Positions 39,001 through 50,336 of a DNA stretch of 64,000 bases are shown here, in pieces. Under the pieces are notes generated by a model. It searched no databases. It saw only the letters and a program-made list of their open reading frames with translations, and was not told the DNA's origin. The DNA is from Podarcis cretensis. Taxonomy: Eukaryota. The stretch lies in assembly GCA_951804945.1 (NCBI GenBank), contig OX638153.1:67890001-67954000 (forward strand), in the 5' to 3' direction. The first letter of the stretch is position 1. Each line of letters begins with the position of its first letter. Made by a program: the position numbers and the translations under genes.

Positions 39001-39558
39001 GGGTTCTCAATGTCTTGGTCTTCTACTTTAATCTTTTTAATTATATTTTGTTCTTTCCTTTTTTTAAGTTGCCACGCCAGCCATTTTCCGGATTTATTTG
39101 CAAATTCAAAATTATTTTGTTTCATTCTTTTTATATTCCACTCTACTTCTTTATTGACTATCATAGCGAATTGTGTCTGGAGTAATTTTATACTTTGCTT
39201 AATTTTTTCATCCTTAGGTCTGTTAATCAATTTTTTTTCATTCTCCATTATTTGTCTTAAGATTTCTTTTTCCCCTCTTTCTCTCAATCTGTTTTTTATT
39301 GCATTTTGCTGAATAAAGAAACCTCTCATGACCGCTTTACTAGCATCCCAGACCATATTAATTTTTGTTTCCTTATTTATATTATTCACAAAATAGTCAG
39401 TTAAACATTTCTGTGCTCTTTCCACAATCTTCTGGTCATCGAAGAGATTCTCATTTATTCTCCACCTGAACGATTTTTCTTCATACCCTTTCAGAATACC
39501 TTGGATGGCGTTGTGGTCGGATAAAACCTTGGGTTGGATCTCAATTTTTGTAAATCTT
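36052..39558 (-). pseudogene. Disabled L1 ORF2 (reverse transcriptase) remnant
   Basis: ORFs 37740..39578, 36714..37553 and 36052..36297 form one reading frame broken by an in-frame TAA (37740-37742) and the 36371-36745 MITE; the catalytic Asp of the DAEKAFD motif reads Tyr. Confidence 0.88.
36371..36745. mobile_element. Tc1/mariner-type MITE (family B) nested in L1 ORF2
   Basis: Perfect 22-bp TIR CAGTGGTACCTCGCAAGACGAA; TA TSD; many internal TCGTCTTGCG repeats. Confidence 0.93.
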
Positions 39559-40234
39559 AACACGATTTCTGTTCTCATCCTGAAGCAAAGTTCTTAACCT
39601 GAAGCACTATTTCTGGGTAGTGGAGTCTGTAACCTGAAGCGTATGTAACCTGAAGCGCATGTAACCTGAGGTACCACTGTATCTTCTACCAATATGTTTG
39701 CCTGGCTGGAGTAGGTCACTGAACAGACCCTCTGGTTTGCTTTGATGGAAGATAGGCTCCTGTACAAAGGTCATATTTACATTTGTTGCCCCACCCACTT
39801 TTGCTCAGGAACTGGAAGATTGGAGAATTCTGATGAAAACCGAAAAGGAAGTGGAAACTGCTGCAGTCTGTGGGTTCATCTGCCACCAGAAATGGAAATC
39901 AGTTAAGCATGGGTATCCGTTCTCATTGCCTTCGTTGGGGTTTTCCAAGTCCCACAGATGATGCATCATTGATGGCTTTTAAAAAGCATGAGTGTATGTG
40001 ATGTCAGGTACAGAAATAGAGGAAAGCAAGAGGAATAATGTAGTATTTTGTGGAGGCTGAACTGCAGCGGAACAGAAATAGCACGAATTGGGATAAACAA
40101 AGTTGGAACAGAAATTGTTCCCTTCTGATGTCCCTAACCTCAAGTGTGCGGGAGGCAGAAGCAGACAACCACAGGGCCTGCTCCAGTCAGTCTGTCCACA
40201 CCCACACACCCAATTTTGTGTGTTATATAATGCG

Positions 40235-40420
40235 ATAAAACATCAACCATTAATTTTTTCCCTAAAAATGGCTGCCTTCAGATGTCTTCTAAAAGTCAGA
40301 TAGTTGTTTATTTGCTTGACATCTGATGGGAGGGTGTTCCACAGGGCGGGTGCCACTACTGAGAAGGCCCTCTGCCTGGTTCCCTGTAGCTTCACTTCTT
40401 GCAGTGAGGGAACCGCCTTG
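40235..40420 (-). mobile_element. L2-like LINE 3' fragment
   Basis: ORF track peptide QRAFSVVAPALWNTLPSDVKQ...TFRRHLKAAIF. Confidence 0.75.
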
Positions 40421-40987
40421 GAGCTAACTCTGGCTGGCAGACCAAAGTAGATCAAGCAAGCCTGAAATATGCTTTACCTTGTTTTGGATGGGGGTCCAAA
40501 ACTTTCAAATGGCATCAGGTGAAGGCTGCTGCAGTGTTACTACAGAACAGCTACACTGCCTTGGCTAAGTCCATTGGAGTAATAAAGTAAACAGAGTCCA
40601 TCTTTGCCCCCTTTGCAGTTGTTTTGGTATTAGGATTTCATCCAGAGTCCACACCCTAATGGCTTATTCTTGGACAGCGTGTCTCTTTAGCTGTGTGTGT
40701 GTACTTTAAAATCTATAGATATTGTACAATGGCACATTTCAGGTATTAATCATGCATGGCTGTTCCCAAGCATATGATTGCTTGTGTAGCACATTACTTT
40801 AAATGTGCTTTGCAGTCTTTAAGGTCTTCATCGCAGTAGAAACACTGCAAGGTAGAGTGCAGGGCCGGCCTGCCCATGAGGTGGTCTGAGGCAACTGCCT
40901 CAGGCGGCAGAACTGCAAGAGGCGGCTCCCCCTTAGGCACTTCAGTGTCTCCGCTTCACCATAATAAGGTGAAACTAAATAAGATGG

Positions 40988-41331
40988 GACTGCAAGAAGA
41001 TCAAACGACTAAAAGAAGATCAAACGTATCCATTCTTAAGGAAATCAGCCCTGAGTGCTCACTGGAAGGACAGATCCTGAAGCTGAGACTCCAATACTTT
41101 GGCCACCTCATGAGAAGAGAAGACTCCCTGGAAAAGACCCTGATGTTGGGAAAGATGGAGGGCACAAGGAGACAGGGACGACACAGGACGAAATGGTTGG
41201 ACAGTGTTCTCGAAGCTACAAACATGAATCTGACCAAACTGCGGGAGGCAGTGGAAGACAGGAGTGCCTGGCGTTCTCTGGTCCATGGGGTCACGAAGAG
41301 TCGGACACGACTAAACGACTAAACAACAACA
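40988..41331 (+). mobile_element. Bov-B (RTE clade) LINE 3' fragment
   Basis: LKLRLQYFGHLMRREDSLEKTLMLGK...VTKSRTRLND; (CAA)n tail; 11-bp TSD AAATAAGATGG at 40977-40987 and 41332-41342. Confidence 0.93.
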
Positions 41332-41484
41332 AAATAAGATGGAACCTGTAAGTTTGCTGCTTGTTTTAAAGGAGAGGGAGGACTTTTAAACAGCTCTCTT
41401 ATAAAGCTCAGTCTTCACATTGTGGTGGTGAAAGTTATGGATATGACCCTGTATGGCATTTGCAAAATCTCCATGCACACAATG

Positions 41485-41816
41485 CATACCCTCCAACATT
41501 TCTCCAATGAAAATAGGGACGTACCATTCCATCAAGATAATTTTACTATTTATACCCCACACATCTTACTGGGTTGCCTCAGCCACTCTGGGTTGCTTCC
41601 AACATATATAAAACATAATAAAACAATAAAACTTCCCTATACAGAATTGCCTTCAAATGGCTCAGGGGTCAGATAACTCCATACCCTCCAACATTTCTCC
41701 AATGAAAATAGGGACATCCTAAGGAAAAGTGGGACGTTCTGGGATCAAATCAGAAACCAGGATGGCTTCTCTAAATCAGGGACGTCCCTAGAAAATAGGG
41801 AAACTCGGAGGGTCTG
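41485..41816 (-). mobile_element. Second copy of the composite long form
   Basis: Same order of parts as 34856-35400, in reverse orientation; flanks ACAATG/ATAATG. Confidence 0.72.
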
Positions 41817-43178
41817 ATAATGGATTTTATTTACAGCATGGAAAACCAAAAAATGAAGAAATGTTGGTCTTCTACTTGAAACAGGTTATGATACCAGTAA
41901 ACAGACTAAAAGAACGCCACACAAAACCTTTGAGCTTTTTAGTAATGTGTTTGTGTGTAGATAGATAGGAACTGAATACCCAACGTTTTGAATTTAATCT
42001 GCCTTTGTGCAGCAAAGAAACTGATTGACCTAACACCAATTAAAATGAACAAATAAAGCAGGAAATTAGCATGGGTAAACCACCACACCACCCTGGTTTC
42101 TATTTCCTGACCAGTTCTGCACCTCGTAAATTAGATGCTGCCTAGGGTAGAGTATCTGCAACAGGTATCTAGGTAAACTGTGGAATTTTCCAAATGTAAC
42201 AAGTTTTCAGAATTATTCCTAGAGTTTGTTCCCATTGGTGAACAAATTGACGGGTATATCACAATTATGGTTGTAGATTAGAAGTTTATCCCACCCACCA
42301 CCGGTTTTTCTGGGGTTTATTTATCGGTGACGTGATACAGGGCAGCAGAGTCACTGAAATATAAAGCAATTGTAGGTAATACTACACTGAATTAGATGCT
42401 TAGCTAGAAAGCTATCTCCCACAAACAGCTGTATGGATAAGGAGGTGATAAAGAACAGAATTATGCTCCTTGAGTCCTTGACCATGGGGTTTGGCTCTAG
42501 GTTAGGACAGGAGTGATAGGTTATAGAATTAAAATTGGTTGGCTTAAACTTCATATATATTTAACAGAGTTTAAAAAAGTGCTTGGAAGCTGGATCTTGT
42601 CTATCTCATTCATACATCACTAGCATTGCTAAATAAATACACAGGAGTTGCTTTGCTAAAGAAAAATGGTTCTTTACTTATAGTTACTTCATGTTCACGA
42701 AGATGGCTTTGGATTCTAAATCTAAATTATGAAGAGGTTTTCATGGCTGCGTGGTGTGGGAGAAGAGGGAAGAGAGAGAAAGAGAACAGTAGGCAGTGGC
42801 GAAGCTTATGTTGTTTAGTGACGAACCACTACTGAGTATTTTCCCTGACTACAGTATCTGTTAGTCTCAACCCTGCCCTCTACTGACTGAAGACATGCAA
42901 GGTTGCTTGTACCCAACAAGGAGAACCAAACGGAAATCACTGCTGCTTTTCTAGGTGCCTTGTGCTAGGAGTTTAGCTGCAAAAGAGGACAGGGTTCATC
43001 CACCTTCAATAGATGTGCATGGCAAATTACATCTGCTGAATTTCCCATTTCTACACTAATATTAAAGGTGCAGGAGTCCTGGCCTTGTTTGCCTTATGAG
43101 GATACTCTGCATCTTATTTGCAGTATCCTCTTGTCAACTTTTCCTGGGCTTGGGGCCAGCCATGGCACTGGAACACAG

Positions 43179-43519
43179 GGTGGTGCTGTGGGTTAAACCA
43201 CAGAGCCTAGGGCTTGCCGATCAGAAGGTCGGTGGTTCAAATCCCTGCGAATCCCCGCAAATCCCCCCGTTGCTCGGTCCCTGCTCCTGCCCACCTAGCA
43301 GTTCGAAAGCACGTCAAAGTGCAAGTAGATACCTTCTCTGGCGGGAAGGTAAACGGTGTTTCCATGAGCTGCTCTGGTTCACCAGAAGCGGCTTAGTCAT
43401 GTTGGCCACATGACCCGGAAGCTGTACGCCGGCTCCCTCAGCCAATAAAGCGAGATGAGCACCGCAACCCCAGAGTCAGCCACGACTGGACCTAATGGTC
43501 AGGGGTCCCTTTACCTTTA
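43179..43519 (+). mobile_element. Sauria SINE with 49-bp flanking direct repeat
   Basis: Sauria head and body plus CCTTTACCTTTA tail; identical 49-mers at 43130-43178 and 43520-43568. Confidence 0.9.
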
Positions 43520-43994
43520 CTTGTCAACTTTTCCTGGGCTTGGGGCCAGCCATGGCACTGGAACACAGTATCCTTAAGCAGTTGTCAGAGCCCCAGTGAT
43601 CTAGTAAGGTTCACCATCAGCCTCAGGTCCTCTAAACAAAAAAAAAAGTCTAGTACCCTGATGCGTGGCACGGCCCTGGGGGCAATTGCAACTGCCATTT
43701 TAATTTCCAGCAATGCTTTTGAATGACAGTGTGATGGGCGCATTGCAGGAAGTTGACATAGCAGAGGCTTCCAGGCCCAGACACCTGGTGCTCAGAGTGC
43801 TGCAGCTGCCTGCCAATTATTACTATTACTACTACTACTACTATTATCATTATTTCAATTCAAGGATCCAAGGGCAGCAAACATATCAATAAAATGGAAG
43901 AGGGGAGGATTCCCAAGGGCATGCTCTACAGGGCTTCCAGCACCAGGCCCATTGGCCATTGCATTACAAAAATGTCTGCAAATGTGTCCTGAAT

Positions 43995-44312
43995 TTATAG
44001 CTTCGGTCCAGTATATCTGAAGGAGCGTCTCCACCCCCATTGTTCTACCCGGACACTGAGTTCCAGTGCCGAGGGCCTTCTGGTGGTTCCCTCACTGCGA
44101 GAAGCCAAGTTATAGGAAACCAGGCAGAGGGCCTTCTGGGTAGTGGCATCTGCCCTGTGGAACGCCCTCCCACCAGACTTTTAGAAGACATCTGAAGGCA
44201 GCCCTGTTTAGGGACGCTTTTAATGTTTGATGCATTACTGTATTTTAATATTTTGTTGGAAGCCGCCCAAAGTGGCAGGGGAAGCCCAGCCAGATGGGTG
44301 GGATATAAATAA

Positions 44313-44352
<40 letters not shown>
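43995..44352 (+). mobile_element. L2-like LINE 3' end with (TTA)n tail
   Basis: CAGAGGGCCTTCT..GTAGTGGCA..TGCCCTGTGGAACGCCCTCCC (RAF.VVA..LWNALP), ending in about 13 TTA units. Confidence 0.75.
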
Positions 44353-44354
<2 letters not shown>

Positions 44355-44559
44355 CTTTGCATGTTGATTGCAGCTTCTGGGCTCAACGAGGCATGTGACC
44401 CTCACCTGTCCCAAGCCTACTCCATTCCCATCCCCATCCCCTCCCATATTTTCTGCAACCCCAACCTCTTCTTTCACATCTCTGGTTTGCCCTGGTGGGT
44501 TGCAGTCCCGGCTGCACCCCTCGCCGGGATCCTCTTTCTCTTCCCCGTTGTCCTGCCAT

Positions 44560-44775
44560 TTCATGACAAAACATGACTTGAAGGCTGGCAACGTCAACCC
44601 TGCCATGTAGGAGTTCCTTGCAGGCAACCTCAGTGCCTGGAGACAAATAGTCAAGTTATGTATCCATAGCAGGAATGACCTCTGGGAGGAGCGCAGAGAG
44701 AATAAACACCATGGTGCATCTGCAGCAGCATAACCGGATGCCTTCATCTGCCCCAGCTGCAATGAAATATGTCCT
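44560..44775 (+). mobile_element. Decayed RTE-clade ORF C-terminus
   Basis: KHDLKAGNVNPAM*EFLAGNLSAWRQIV...FICPSCNEIC, resembling RTE C-termini. Confidence 0.55.
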
Positions 44776-45522
44776 ACAAGTCGCTGTGCCTCAGTGGTCA
44801 GAGGCTGTGTGCTTCTGAATGCCAGTTGCTGGAACTTGTAGGAGCAGAGAGAACTCTTGCATTTGGGTCCTGCTCACAAGCGTCTCCTAGGCATCTGGTT
44901 GGCCACTATGAGGACAGGATGTTGGGTGACATGGGCCATTGGCTTGATCCATCAGGACTCTTCGTATGTTTTTTATGTTATATAATGATTTCAGAATTGC
45001 CAGGTGAGCCCCCCAGGAAGGCGCAGCATGGATAGCTTTGCCAGAGGCCATGTCATGAGTGACGCTGGCTGTAATCTGGATACACAGACAACCTCCGACG
45101 GAAGCAAGAGCAGAGCTGGCCACTCCATGAACCACAGGGTGCAGAATTGTGTCCCCAAAGGGATGCATATAACGTTGCTACATTGATTAAACCACAGTCA
45201 GGCATCTCTTAGAGCAAGGCAGTAACTCCAGAACAAGCAGCTAATGCTTCTGTACAGGTGTTTACTGTGCACCAGTGCGCTTTAGACGTGCATATTTTTT
45301 GTAGTGTTCACACATCATTAGCATCATAGAGCCAGTCCACATTTCCCCCTCATTTAATGCAGATGCACCCTTTTCTGGGTGAAATCCAATACATAACCCC
45401 CCCCCCCCAAACCCTTGTTGCCAGAGGCCCCTTTGCTTACTAGTTAAGTCTTTATCCAGAAGCCCCCATAGTAGAAAAGCACTGAAAGGAAGTGTCCTCA
45501 CTATAAATATGTTCCACTTTTC

Positions 45523-45535
45523 CCACTAGGGGGCA
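45523..45535 (+). promoter_or_regulatory. CTCF core motif
   Basis: CCACTAGGGGGCA matches the CCASYAGRKGGCR consensus; lies in non-repetitive DNA. Confidence 0.5.
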
Positions 45536-45842
45536 AACTCTGCACGTTTTGTTTTAAGGAGGAATGAATGATCAGGTTGGAACAAGGAGTCTTTGCGACC
45601 AAAACTCTGCCTTAGGGAAAGCGTGGTTTTGTACCCTCTCATACTGTCTTCTCTGCTGAGATTGTTTCGCACAGTGATGACTGGCTGCTGTTATTTTAAG
45701 GCGTTTTCAGGGGATTGAGAATATTAAAGTGAACATGGAATACCTCTCCTGTAAGGAAGTTCTGCAATTTTGTTTTATTTTTTGAGCTACCTTCACCTGG
45801 TTTAGCCAGCCAGACAAGGCTGTTCCTGGGATGCGGCCAAAG

Positions 45843-46064
45843 CATAGCTGTCAACCTTCCCTTTTTTCTGGCGGGAAATTCCCTTATTCCAGCGCCATTT
45901 CCCACTGCTTCCCGCTGCTATCCCAGATTGTTAGATATCCCGTAGACTGTCTGCGGGATGTTGATCCCTTATTTTCGAGGCTCCCTGGGACAGCTGAGGC
46001 TGCTGATCCCTTATTTTCAAGGCTGCTGATCTCTTATTTTCAAATCTGAAAGTTGACAGCTATG
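45843..46064. mobile_element. hAT MITE (222 bp)
   Basis: Perfect 13-bp TIR CATAGCTGTCAAC; perfect 8-bp TSD GGCCAAAG; internal repeats of GATCCCTTATTTTC. Confidence 0.9.
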
Positions 46065-48307
46065 GGCCAAAGTGGCATGCTGGCAGCATCTAGGAGCCAC
46101 AGGTAAGAGCTAAGTGCAGGGTGGGGACTAAAGGTGGACAAACTATCCCAGAAGGAGCACAACGTGCCCCCCCACCAGAGGTCATCCCCTAACACCCCAT
46201 ACATCACCAAGAAACAGCTCCTTTGCAAAGCGCACACTTTATGTGCAGAGAAAGTCCCGAGTTCAAGTCCTGACCTATCCCACTGCTAAGACTACCAGTA
46301 AAGGTGGCCATCCATCCTACTTTGCAGAGGGCAGTCCTTTGAAGGAGTCCACTGTTTGAAAGGCTGTCCGGTCCAAGTCTAATTTAAAGATAAAGAACCA
46401 TAAGAAGGGATAGAGGGGGGAGTGGGGGTTGAAGTTGCCCAGCTACAGCCAGCACCTGGAGGGCAGACTGAGCAGATCACCTGGTCACCGTTTCCCGCTC
46501 AACGGCGAGATGTCTTGCAGTGTAATCATTTCTGATTTTGCATCTGTACATATATATATCGGCACAGGCAAAGTTCATGCAGATTTCTTGGTGATACAGT
46601 CCTCCTTTGGGGCCACGCTAGAAGTGGCGGGAGAGGAGGCCCCAGACAGCCACCTCCGTCAGAGGACAGAGGCTCTGGCCAACTGCAACACTGCCGCAGC
46701 TCAGCACCGACCAGTGCCATATGTACGTATAAAACAACTAAAGCAAGGGAGAGCTGCCGAACATGGATTCATCATCAACGATACCCTCCCCTTTCCCCCA
46801 TCCAAACACATCCCGCTTAGAAAGCACCCTTTTCAATCCATTCTGTTTCTGGTTTTGGCCAGATCTCCCGGGCCCTGTTCTGCCGCAACCTCCCTGCCTC
46901 CGAGAACGAGGCTTCCTTGTTTTCCCTTAAACCTCTTCATTGATGCAAAAGGCCCTTTTCTCTTTGTGTAAACACCCCGCAGATACGCCGAGACGGGTTG
47001 TGTGCCTGGCTCTATTTAAAACCCTGATTTACGGGTGTATTTACTGCTCCAAAAGATTTTATGCATTCAGACAGAATGAGCCTTGTGCTGTGCAGATGCA
47101 GGCTTACCACCTGCTTCCAGCCCAGCAGCCAGCCAGCCAGCCTCTGGGATTTAACCCTACGCTGCCTGGCACAAAAAGCCTGGCAGTATGAACCAGTAGA
47201 GCTGCTCACTCTGGAGCCACAAGGAAGCTGGAGAAAGAGACTCGCGGCAAACTTGATTTACCTGACGAGGCTGAATAAATGGCTCTATTGTACAGCCATG
47301 CCGAACATGAAGATACTACTGTACAAATACAGTGTTGTACTAGCCTCCTGGTATACCCGTGGTGCTAGGTTTATTAAGAGTTTTCTGTTGCATTTTCTTT
47401 TTCTGAGTTTGTATACTTCTCCCTTTAACTTTGACCCTTTCCGTTCCTCTCTCTCATATTCTGCGTATGCATTCATTTCCGATTATGACTTTCTTCCCTT
47501 TTCTGTATAATTTCAACTGTACACAATTGTACAACAACCCTGTGAGGTAGGTTAGGCTGAGAGGCAGTGATGAGCCCAAGGTCATCCAGTGGGCTTCTTG
47601 GCTGAGTGGTGTTTTGAACCCTGGTCTGATACTAACCACAGTGTTGTGAGTGAGAGAGACAAGCTTTTTTTCTAACCACTTTCTGCACACTATTTATAAT
47701 GTTATACCTCCTGTTAATTGTCTTTTCTCTAAACTGGTGTTTCTCAGACAGAGGGCTGGGACCCACCAGTGGGCCTTGGGTCAGTTTTAAGTGGGCCTCG
47801 GGGCCACGGCCGGATTGGTGCCACCTGATCCGTCTGCTCTGCTCCCTGTCCAGCCCATAGTCTTTTGGTTTGACAGATGCTAACACCATCAGCTAAACTG
47901 GTGGCCAGGACACAGGAGGAGAGAAGGAAGGTTCCCTTCTTTGGAGAGAAAAGAGCCAAAGAAAGTGCTGAAGGAAACTGCAAAGTTAGATAAAAAGTTC
48001 ATATTTCTCAAAATGGGTATAAGAAGGAAAGGAAAAAGAGGAAAGTTGTCACAAGAGGAAGAGGTGGATGTTAGAAGAGGTGGGCATGTGGGGAGGAAAG
48101 AGAAAATGGAAAAGGACCTTCCTGACTTGTATTAGCAAATTCTGCCTAAAATAGGGAGGCTGAGTCACAATACCTCCAGAGCAAATGTCTGTGTTTATCT
48201 TGAGGAAAGCTGAGCTATGGAACTCCTTGCCACAAGGAAAATGCTGTGGCAAAGAATATAGCAATTTCCATAAATGGATTAGATATCAGTAGGGCATGAG
48301 GTCAATG

Positions 48308-48396
48308 CAATGGTATCTCGGGTTAAGAACTTAATTCGTTTCAGATGTCTGTTCTTAACCTGAAACTGTTCTTAACCTAAAGCACCACTTTAGCTA
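48308..48396 (+). mobile_element. Partial family A MITE
   Basis: 5' about 90 bp of the family A sequence only. Confidence 0.7.
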
Positions 48397-49357
48397 GCTG
48401 ATCATGCCAAACTCTGGCTTTATCTAACTTCATTTTGTAACTTGCTTTGCCCCAGCATCCTATTTTGTGATTGGTGGGTCTCGGTAACTGTCAACCACTT
48501 CAGGTGGGGGTGTGGGGGTGTCAAAAGTTTGAAAACTCCTGCTGTAAACAAAAGAAGCCCCAGATTCAAAGATGGTGCTGTCATGGATTTATAAAATTAT
48601 TTATTGTGTGGAGAAAGTGGTTAGGCATAGGTTTTTCTCCCTTTCTCTTTTTCCCAAAATATAATGTATATTGCGTATATCTTGAAGTTATTTTGTGCAG
48701 GTTTATTGCATACAGTAAATACCCTACCGACTGACAATAATCTTCCCCTCTCTAGAATGCTAGGCTTGGGGCTATTGTTAAAAATAAATAATAAATAAGT
48801 GCTTATTGTGTACAATTGCATCCATATGGCTCCTTACTTTCCGACATTTTACACAGCCTGTTGAAAAATAGGGTGCAAGGAGGAAAGGGATGTTATGTTT
48901 ATGGGCAGCTGATGAAGAAGGCTACTGTCCGTGCAGGCTGTATATGTTTTGGACTTCATCTGCTGTTGGGTGGGGCGATGGCAATTGTAGTATGAAACAT
49001 CAGCAGAGTCCCAAGTGGAAGAAGGCTGACTTATGCCATAATAAACATGCTAGTATTGGGGATGCAACAAGACTTTTGTTGGTTTTGCAACAATAGACCA
49101 ATACAGTCACCTGGAATCCCTAGTTCACCACAGACATTTCTCTTAATTCAGAAGCATTTAGAGCATAGAAAGCTACCATTGGTTCATCTAACTCAGTGAG
49201 GTCTACTCTGATTGGCAGACACCTGGGACATTCTGCATGCAAAACAGATGCTCTACCACCGAACTATGGCTCCTCCCCCATTTCATTTTGATAGAGAAAT
49301 GAAACGTCTCTGAAAAGTAGTTTGCTTGTCTCAAGGTATCGATAATGCCATAGGTGG

Positions 49358-50079
49358 TTTAAGAGAAAATTATACGAAAATGATATATCGCTGGTATCGT
49401 AACACCAAGTAAACTGGCAAAAATGTATAAATCTAAATCAAACAAGTGTTGGAAATATGCAAAGAGAAAGAAGGTTCTTTTTATCATATGTGGTGGTCTT
49501 GTAGTAAGGTTAAAGCTTTCTGGAAAATGATATATAATGAATTGAAAAGGATGTTTAAAATAACCTTTGTAAAAACAACAACCCAGAAGCTTTTCTTTTG
49601 GGAATTATAGGGACAGAACTACCTAAAGTGTATAGAAATTTATTTATGTATGCGAATACAGCAGCAAGAATGTTGCTCACCCCAAAATGGAAAGAAGCAG
49701 AAGTCCCAGCAAAGGAAGAATGGATACAAAAACTTATGGAATATGCAGAAATGGGGAAACCTACTGGGAGAATAAGAAATCAAGATAACAAACTTTTAAT
49801 AAAAAAAAGGAAATGATTTCTTGAATATTTATAGATAAATTGCAAAGAGATAAAAACATTGGTGGGATTATTGTAATAACCTGCAGTTTCAAAAGAGTAT
49901 ATATTTAGAGTAGATAATTAAATGAGCAAATTAAATGAATTTGGATATGCAGAAGATAAATTTAAGGAACCATAGAAAGAGGAGGAAGGAGGTCAAACCT
50001 TGAAATGTTAAAATGATTGTAAAATTAATGAAATGTATAAATTTGAAAAGTATAAATAAAAATGTAAAAACAAACAAAC
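49358..50079 (+). mobile_element. 5'-truncated L1-clade 3' end
   Basis: Frameshifted ORF2 C-terminus (MIYRWY, FYHMWWSC, KEEWIQKLMEYAEM..TGRIRN); A-rich tail; TSD ATAATGCCATAGRTGG at 49342-49357 and 50080-50095. Confidence 0.88.
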
Positions 50080-50200
50080 ATAATGCCATAGATGGCAGTT
50101 TTCAACTAGCAGTTTCCATCTTGAAGAATACAAGGAGGATTGAGACACTAGCAACAACCTGCCATTGTTCTCATGAGTGCTAGGATGTATTGCTTTAGAG

Positions 50201-50336
50201 TAGGCTTCTTCAAACTCGGCCCTTCAGATGTTTTGAGACTACAGTTCCCACCATCCCTGACCACTGGTCCTGCTAGCTAGGGATCATGGGAATTGTAGGC
50301 CAAAAACATCTGGAGGGCCAAGTTTGAGGAAGCCTG
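50201..50336. mobile_element. Palindromic hAT MITE, same family as 16651-16786
   Basis: AAACTCGGCCCTTCAGATG...CATCTGGAGGGCCAAGTTTG; degenerate 8-bp TSD CTTTAGAG/TTTTAGAC. Confidence 0.8.

Larger units (their letters stand above)
35818..39558 (-). mobile_element. 5'-truncated L1-clade LINE (ORF2: endonuclease C-terminus, RT, CCHC knuckle, 3' UTR), interrupted by a MITE
   Basis: Motifs LSDH, YRPISLLN, GTRQGCPLSP, FTDDL, KYLGI and CWKC..HMWWEC; T-run tail at 35818; 18-bp TSD AACAYGATTTCTGTTCTC at 35800-35817 and 39559-39576. Confidence 0.95.
35680..39679 (+). mobile_element. Family A MITE split by the L1 insertion (35680-35817 + 39559-39679)
   Basis: The two halves rejoin into the family A sequence across the 18-bp L1 TSD. 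Confidence 0.88.

Noticed and set aside
37740-39578. 612-aa ORF as a functional or domesticated reverse transcriptase
   Set aside because: Its ATG lies in the flanking MITE A/TSD, the endonuclease is truncated, the first catalytic Asp reads Tyr (FVYAEKAFD), and it ends at a nonsense codon.
44235-44762. 175-aa minus-strand ORF with poly-Asn
   Set aside because: It reads antisense through an RTE remnant and the (TTA)n tail of an L2-like repeat.
46429-46971. 180-aa ORF on the + strand
   Set aside because: TTG start, no domain or family resemblance, and no supporting exon structure.
50084-50098. Second CTCF site (GCCATAGATGGCAG)
   Set aside because: Poor match in the 5' half of the core, and it overlaps an L1 TSD.
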